From Lophium mytilinum (lineage: Eukaryota), in the NCBI GenBank assembly GCA_010093605.1, contig MU004181.1, forward strand, positions 2,976,001-3,040,000: a stretch of 64,000 bases of DNA. Reading direction: 5' to 3'. A program made the translations under genes and the position numbers. This document shows positions 57,348-64,000 of the stretch, piece after piece. The notes beneath the pieces are model-generated. The model was not told the origin of the DNA, searched no databases, and was given only the letters and a program-made list of their open reading frames with translations. Within the stretch, counting starts at the first letter, position 1. The number at the start of each line of letters is the position of its first letter.

Positions 57348-59049
57348 ATGGCTGGCATCCTGAAGGTTGACGGCGAGCTCATTGTCAACGAGCATGGCAG
57401 CCCCGTTATTCTACGCGGCGCAGGACTGGGCGGATGGATGAAGTACGAGCCTCACTGGCGGTTGCCAGCATCTTTCAATTTCGTTGAATTAAGCTAAAAA
57501 CTAATAGCATGGAAAACTTCATCACAGGTAATATTGTAGATCGAGCGGCTCCTTCATAGCGTGCCAACTTCTACAACAGGCTATCCAGGAATGGAGTCCC
57601 AACATCGCGCCGCTATACTAGCAGCATTAGGAAAGGAGAAGTACGACTTCTTCTTCGATAAATTACTTGAGAACTTCTTCACAGAGGCAGACGCCAAGTT
57701 CGTCGCCAGCAAGGGACTGAACTGCTTAAGAATCCCTTTCAACTACCGGCATTTCGAAGATGACATGAACCCGAGAGTGCTGAAGGAAAAAGGATTCAAG
57801 CATCTTGATCGGGTGATAGACTTGGTAATGCTGCTTTCGATGGGATATCGCACCTCTCATTGATCTTTTTGTAGTGTGCCAAAGAGAAGATATACACCAT
57901 CCTGGACATGCACACGGTCCCCGGGGGTCAAAATCCGGACTGGCATGCAGATAATCGCACGAATTATGCAGCATTCTGGGACTATAAAGATCACCAAGAT
58001 CGCACGATTTGGCTTTGGGAGCAGATTGCGGCTCGATACAAAGACAACGCCTGGGTCGCAGGCTACAACCCCATCAACGAGCCCTGCGATCCTGAGCACT
58101 GGCGATTACCAGCATTCTACGCACGATTAGAGCCAGCGATTCGTAAGATCGATCCACATCATATTCTCTGGCTCGATGGCAACACCTTTGCGATGGAGTG
58201 GAAGTTCTTTGAGGAGCCTTTGCCGAATTGCGTCTATGCACTGCACGACTATACCGTGAGTAACCTAGTGAGGTTTTTGCTCTACATACTCATCGCACAA
58301 TCCAGATGTTCGGCTTCCCCAAAGGGCAAATATACACCGGCGCGCAGCATCAAAAGAACGCTCTCGAGCTCCAACTTCTCCAGAAAGCCGAGATCATGTA
58401 CAAATTCAAAACTCCCATCTGGAACGGCGAGTTCGGACCAGTGTACGCAAACCCAGCGCTCGAACCCAACGCCAGCGAGATAAATGCCGCGCGCTACGAC
58501 GTCCTGGGTGCACAACTCGACCTCTACGACAAGTACAAGATCCACTGGAACATCTGGCTGTACAAAGACATTGGCGTGCAAGGCATGATCCACACGAACC
58601 CTGAATCGAAGTACATGAAGACGATTGCGGGATGGCTCAAGCGCAAACGAGATCTGCAGCTGGACGCCTGGGGCCGGTATCCGTCTGCGGATGTTGAGGC
58701 GGTCATCAACCCGCTTTGCGAGTATATCGACCGCACTTGTCCAACTTCGAAGGACCAATATCCGCCTAATTGGCCCACCGAGCGCCAGGTCACGAGGATT
58801 GTCAATCAGATCTATATGAGTGGGTGTGTCCAGGATGAATTTGCGGCGCTTTTCAAGGGTATGAGCTTTGAAGAGCTGGAGGAGTGTGCTCGTAGTTTTC
58901 ATTTCGATGAGTGTCTTCAGAGGGAAGGACTGAACGCACAGCTGGAAGCGCATGCGGGCGTGGACGAGATCAAGAAGGATCTTGTGAGGCCGACGAATGT
59001 CAGACAAGACTTGGGGGTTTACAGCTATGGGCTCGAGCAAGGAGATTAG
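57348..59049 (+). CDS. Intracellular glycoside hydrolase family 5 (GH5_22-like, putative beta-xylosidase)
   Basis: LRGAGLGGWMN|MENFITG|YPG (20-nt microexon 57508-57527), LRIPFNY, LDMH, catalytic INEP and NGEFG; no signal peptide. Confidence 0.9.
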
Positions 59050-59553
59050 AGGCATCACCGAGGGAAGCTAGTAAAGGTGGGTTGATTCTAGGAGCGTGAC
59101 AGAATCGCATGTCGTTAAGAAATATATGGAAGGGTCGACGAAGATAAGTTCCCACGTCTTCAGCCAATTCAAGCACGGCTACAGTTCAAATGGGCCAAGG
59201 AATAATAGGTACTTATACGTGAGTTGGGGATTGGGAGGCAGCATAATTTATGCGTGGGATATTTTTGCTGAGTGCGAGCGACGAATTCTTTCCAGCTCAT
59301 GCCCTGACGGCTTCACACCTTCACAAGACTTGAATTTCTTTTATCACCTACCTATAACTACCTCGATCCAATGGCCCCAAGGAGTGACGCTATCACGAGC
59401 AGTGAGACCAAATGAGCCAGAAATGAGTCCAATTCTTGTTAGTAATCTCTATATCATCCAAATTTTTACCTCCTCATTACTCTGCGACCATAGCGCACCG
59501 TGAGCACACACAACCCTATCATACACGCCTGACGGTGACGAGTCGGGGAACAC

Positions 59554-61125
59554 CTAGTAGATACCGGGAACGATCCTGTACGGTACAATCTTGCAGTATT
59601 TCTCCCAATCCTTTCCGTACTTCCTCCTGCACTTCTCGTCGTCCCTCCTCTCCCGATGAATTAGCAAGACAGCGAAGTACAAGATGAAGAAGTAACTGAT
59701 CAGCATGCCCCAGCCCTCGGCCTCAGCTTGAACTCTGTACCTCCCTGTAACCTGGCGGTCGAAGATAGCAGTCGATTGGGTCGCAGTAATCGGTTCTTTG
59801 AAAGCGCTCTTGACAACGTAGCCAGCAATGCCAGTGGGAAGCACAAAGGCCCAGCTCATGAACCAATCAGCGAGATAGTTGATGTGGCGCGCGCGGCCCC
59901 ACCAGCCTGTAATTAGCAGTTTGGAGCCGACCTCGGTCTGGATGTACTTGAGATGGCTGATTTTGGGGTCCTTGGGATTGGTTCGGAAACGGTTCTTCTC
60001 ATTGTTAACGGAGCGGAACATGACATAGCCGAGACCTTGCACGGCCAGAATAGGAACGAGCCACAAGCCGAGCTCGAGAGGGTAGTGTGCGAGATAACGA
60101 GTCTGCACCGAGTAGGTGAAAGGGAGCCAGGCCAGGTCGCCGAATGACAGCATGAATCCGAAGCCGTCGGTGGTGATGTCCATGGTAGTCAAGATAGCTG
60201 GCTCCATGTAGAACGAGTCGAAAACATATAGAGCCTGAGCAAAGGTGACGAACAGGATACTATCCGTGACATAGCCGAATGTACGGTATTGCTGAGCGAT
60301 GAAGGCGCAGTCGAGAATGACCCAGCCAAGCAACCCTGGCCGAAGTTCCATAAACGTCTTGATATCGACCTCGCCAAATAGAGGAAGAGTGATACGGGGG
60401 TTGAGCTCGCGGCCTTTGAACCAGTCGTAGATGATATTGCCACTGTGCCCGGCCTCTGCGAGTTCGCGCATATCCTTGTTCGGCGTGCGGACGGAGAAAG
60501 AGGCGACATAGACATATACCGCCAGGAAGAACGAGATTAAGACATTAGTAGTGAGAAGTTGGATGTAGTTCTCGGAGATGAAAGTCCAAACGGGAAATTC
60601 TGCACCCTCGACAACTGTGCCCGCTGCCAGGATAACCATTATGAAGATGGACGAGGAGAATGCTGTAGTTAGTTAGTTTGAGTCTAGTCATGTGACTTAT
60701 GTGCCATACCATTGAAGCGATACTTGAGACGGCCTCCAGACACCAGCTCTGTTCCGTCGACCTCAGAGGCTGGGAGCAAGGCGTAGAGAGTAAGATTGAG
60801 CAAGTAATACCCGAGCGTGGCGAAGACAGTCTTGGTGTTGAGCAGGCCGGAAACGCCGGGCCAGGCGACCTGCTGCTTCAAAGTCTCCAACGTCAAAGTT
60901 GATGGGTGCAGAAGAGCAGGGGCCGGGCATCCAGATACCCCATTGCAGGAGAATGCAAGTACATAACAAACGAGCGGGAGGCCTAAAGAGACTGCCAGCG
61001 CTCCTGGTCTAGGGACTATTAGCGATCGGTGTGTATAGAATGCGATTGTTCTATGCTTACGGCCCGAAGAACTCGTAGGGATATGGCTCTTCCACATCAA
61101 CCTGGGTCTTCCGTTTGGGAGGCAT
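59554..61125 (-). CDS. ERG24: Sterol C-14 reductase
   Basis: YEFFGP, GRELNPRI, ELRPGLLGW, DGFGFMLSFGDL, GWWGRARHINY, LLIHRERRDD.KC..KYG.DW..Y...VPYRIVPGIY. Confidence 0.95.
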
Positions 61126-61185
61126 TGTTTACAGGGGTCGACGCGTGAATGGAGGCGCAGAAAAGGGGCGGAGATGAAAAGAAAG

Positions 61186-61389
61186 ATCACGTGGTCTACT
61201 CCTAGGAACAATTGGAAGGGCTGGCACTTCCTGGCGACGTGAAGAGCAGCAGAGCCCTTTTGATGTGCAGCAGAGCGTCGACGAGTGGTCCGAGAAATGC
61301 GACGCCGGAATGTTCGCAACCGCAATAATGACGCCTGCATTTACGAGACTGTACCAGGCCCCATTCGCTCTAGCAGAATTTCACGTGAT
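61186..61389. promoter_or_regulatory. Two ATCACGTG E-boxes in the ERG24/MRL1 divergent promoter
   Basis: ATCACGTG at 61186-61193 and TCACGTGAT at 61381-61389. Confidence 0.4.
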
Positions 61390-61548
61390 ATTTCTCGGCG
61401 GTCTTCTAATTGGATGCCGGACTTGCTGCCAGGAACGAGGCGAGGACCCAAGGGACTACGTACTGCGGATGCTCGCCGGCCCCCGTCGCCGTCACTTTCT
61501 CTACTCTTGCTGTGCTACTTCATCGATGCTGGTTCCGTCTTATCCATC

Positions 61549-62842
61549 ATGAGGACCGCGTTTCTTTGCGCGCTCGCCGCGCTTTTCCACTTCTCTACCC
61601 CCGCCGGAGCCTCCAGCGACAAGTCGAAACAGGCGCCGAAACCTTGCACAATCCACTCTCCCACTACCGACCGCTTCTTCGACCTCAACCCCATCCAGGT
61701 CGTGCTGCCAGAGGAGGGCGAGAAGGTGCACAAGGGTGACCGCACCGAGAGCTGGCATGCAAAGGGCTACGACTACGGCGCAAACTTCACCATCAACTTC
61801 TGCGGGCCGGTAGTTGAAGAGCTTAATGAGGTCAAGGACTTGGACAAGAGCTTGTACCGGAATGTCAGTGCCTTCTATGAGAGGGACGGAGTGCAGTACG
61901 CGATTGGGTGAGTGCTAGTCTGATGCGCCTATGTCACTGCCTCTAGGTTCCGAGGATGAGAGAAGGGAGACGTCCTCAGGCCTGGAACGGATCATTATTG
62001 CCCTATGAAGGCTTTCGTACCAGAAGCTGATGTACTGTTTATTTGTAGCCTCGAGAACTCCGAACCCGTCTTCCGCGGCCGTAAACTCGTCCTAAACTAC
62101 ACCGGCGGATCCTACTGCTCCTCCGGCCATTCGAAGCGTGCCCTCCTCCCTCACGATGCTGAACACCTCGCTACCCGCGAAAAGTATGACGATGATGACG
62201 ACAAGGACAAGGACGACCCAGAGGACGACGAACCCAAGAAGAAGCCGAGCAAAGGCTCCGACGAACGCCGCAAGTCTACAATCATATCTCTCTTGTGCGA
62301 AAAAGATCCACTGGCCACAACCGCAATCGCGTTCGTTGCCGCGAGCGAAGACGAGTGCACCTACTTCTTCGAAGCTAGGACCAGCGCCGCCTGTGGTGGG
62401 ATCGAGGCTGCTAAGCAAACGCTCGGACCCGGCGGCGTCTTCGGTGTGATGTGAGTTTAAAGGTCTATTTGGATTTGAGATGGGTCTAACAAGCATAGTG
62501 CTTTGATTGCGGCCTTGGTGTACTTCGTCGGTGGCTGTGTATATCAACGCACAGTCATGCATCAACGGGGATGGCGCCAACTGCCCAACTATTCCATGTG
62601 GGCTGGAATCGGAGGATTTATCTGGGTAAGAAACACGCTATCAATATCTATGAGCTCTGCTTATCAACGTTCAGGATATGGTCATAATCCTGACTTCCTC
62701 ATGTGCACGCCTCCTCCCGTCACGTCGAGGCTACAGCCGAGTCTCCCTAGGCCACGAAAATGGACGAGATCGTGGCCGTGGACACCGAAATGACGACGAG
62801 AACCGACTGATTGACAATCTAGATGAAGAGTGGGAAGACTAA
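61549..62842 (+). CDS. MRL1: Mannose-6-phosphate receptor-like protein
   Basis: Signal peptide; PCTIHSP...FFDL, GYDYGANFTINFC, LNYTGGSYC, CTYFFE...AAC; TM; acidic dileucine tail DENRLIDNLDEEWED*. Confidence 0.88.
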
Positions 62843-63808
62843 ACCCTTCAATATCCCTTTCGCATTTTACAAGGAGCATGGGGCGTTCGGGTGAATGCAT
62901 GGTCAGGGATACGAAGTGTAGGATATGGTTGGCGCTGCATCCTTTTAGTGCTGAAGCTGGCGACAGCCAGAACAAAGCACTCGGAGGAAATCTTTTCGCA
63001 TCTACTGGCTGTTCAATAGACATCATGACACTTATGTATGCCTAGGAAGTGACATCTGCTGTGAGCCCCGTAAAGTAAATAGTGAGCTAGATGGTGAATG
63101 GCTAAAGATGATGCTTTATTTTTCTCGTCCGGAACGCTCGGTTTTGTAGAGAACCAAGTGGCTTTGCTTTTGTGACGATCGCTCGCAGCCAATGAGGCAT
63201 TTCAGGATCCGGGTTGATCCGATGGCCCGAGAGAGAGTCAATTAAAGAACAGTGAAACGCTCACAGTGCGCTCGAATTTGGTGGCTCCCTAGCTCAAACT
63301 TGCTGATAGAGAGCGACACACACTGTAGGCAGGTGAAGACCCATGAAACCGCGTTGCGCCAAAAGATATCCGGCACGTCCTGTCCCAGATAGCTTCGGCA
63401 GCCACGCTCCTTTTCATTTGGGTTGGAGATAACGTTATATGGGAGGCAACGCAGTCGACAGCCGCCAGACGCAGAGAAGGCGCTCATCGTAGTGAAGTAA
63501 AGTGAAAGTAAACACCAAGATCCAAACCTTCGATTCACGAGCGCTCGACAAGAGTTAATAGAGAGCCGCTCTGCCGCCCGGTCCTCCCCGAGGTAAACGG
63601 GTTACCGTAGCAAAAGGGAGACGCCAAACTTGGCTGGCTCCCAGAAAGGCTTGGCGGCCCGGGCGCTCCAGCAAATCTTTCCTTTCCGCCTTTTAAGGTC
63701 TTCTCTTCTGCCAACCTCCTCCATCTTCCCCCATCCCCCGTCTCAGACACCCATCTCCCCTCCGTCTTTTTAGTTCATCAGAGCAGTGGTGCTTACCATT
63801 CCTTCGCA

Positions 63809-64000
63809 ATGGCCGCTCAGCAAGATAAGTCCTTCATGGGCATGCCGGTAAGCATTTCTCCCGAGCCTCCAGCGCCTCGATCCGACCGCGGCGACTCCAT
63901 CATCGATTTTCGGACTGCCATTCCAATGACCTCGTCCACGCCTTGCTCTGCGATGCGACGATTCTCGGGATGGTGTTCTGGTTGTTGTTGATGGCCGCCG
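63809..64000 (+). CDS. Probable mitochondrial ADP/ATP carrier, first exon (63809-63847) plus intron; truncated by the window end
   Basis: MAAQQDKSFMGMP followed by a GTAAGC donor; resembles the remembered N-terminus of filamentous-fungal ANT (...GMP|xFxxDFLMGG). Only 13 codons are visible. Confidence 0.55.

Overview
Eukaryotic, intron-rich DNA from a filamentous ascomycete (Pezizomycotina, possibly Dothideomycetes; taxonomy is an impression from gene style). The gene-dense window holds about 30 loci, mostly conserved housekeeping genes: Srv2/CAP, a pfkB kinase, a complex I accessory subunit, mL44, two MFS transporters, a CCHC zinc-knuckle protein, class I chitin synthase, LMW-PTP, Vma6, eIF5B, enoyl-CoA isomerase, an ABC1 kinase, Yae1, a GH5, Erg24, Mrl1 and the start of a probable ADP/ATP carrier. 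Decayed or lineage-specific loci are interspersed: a GST pseudogene, a Ras-like pseudogene, a transposase-derived HTH and a DUF3669-like kinase. The most unusual observations are (1) a VIT-vWA protein with an embedded Ykt6-like R-SNARE segment inside an FG-repeat linker, (2) an orphan gene with two tandem-duplicated 80-nt GC-AG introns and 66-nt exons, (3) a spliced CBM18/hevein cysteine-rich gene that the ORF track shows only in part, and (4) a structured non-coding segment at 2.7-3.15 kb. Gene models were spliced by eye, family calls come from remembered motifs, and no database search was run. No tRNA, rRNA or CRISPR array was recognised.
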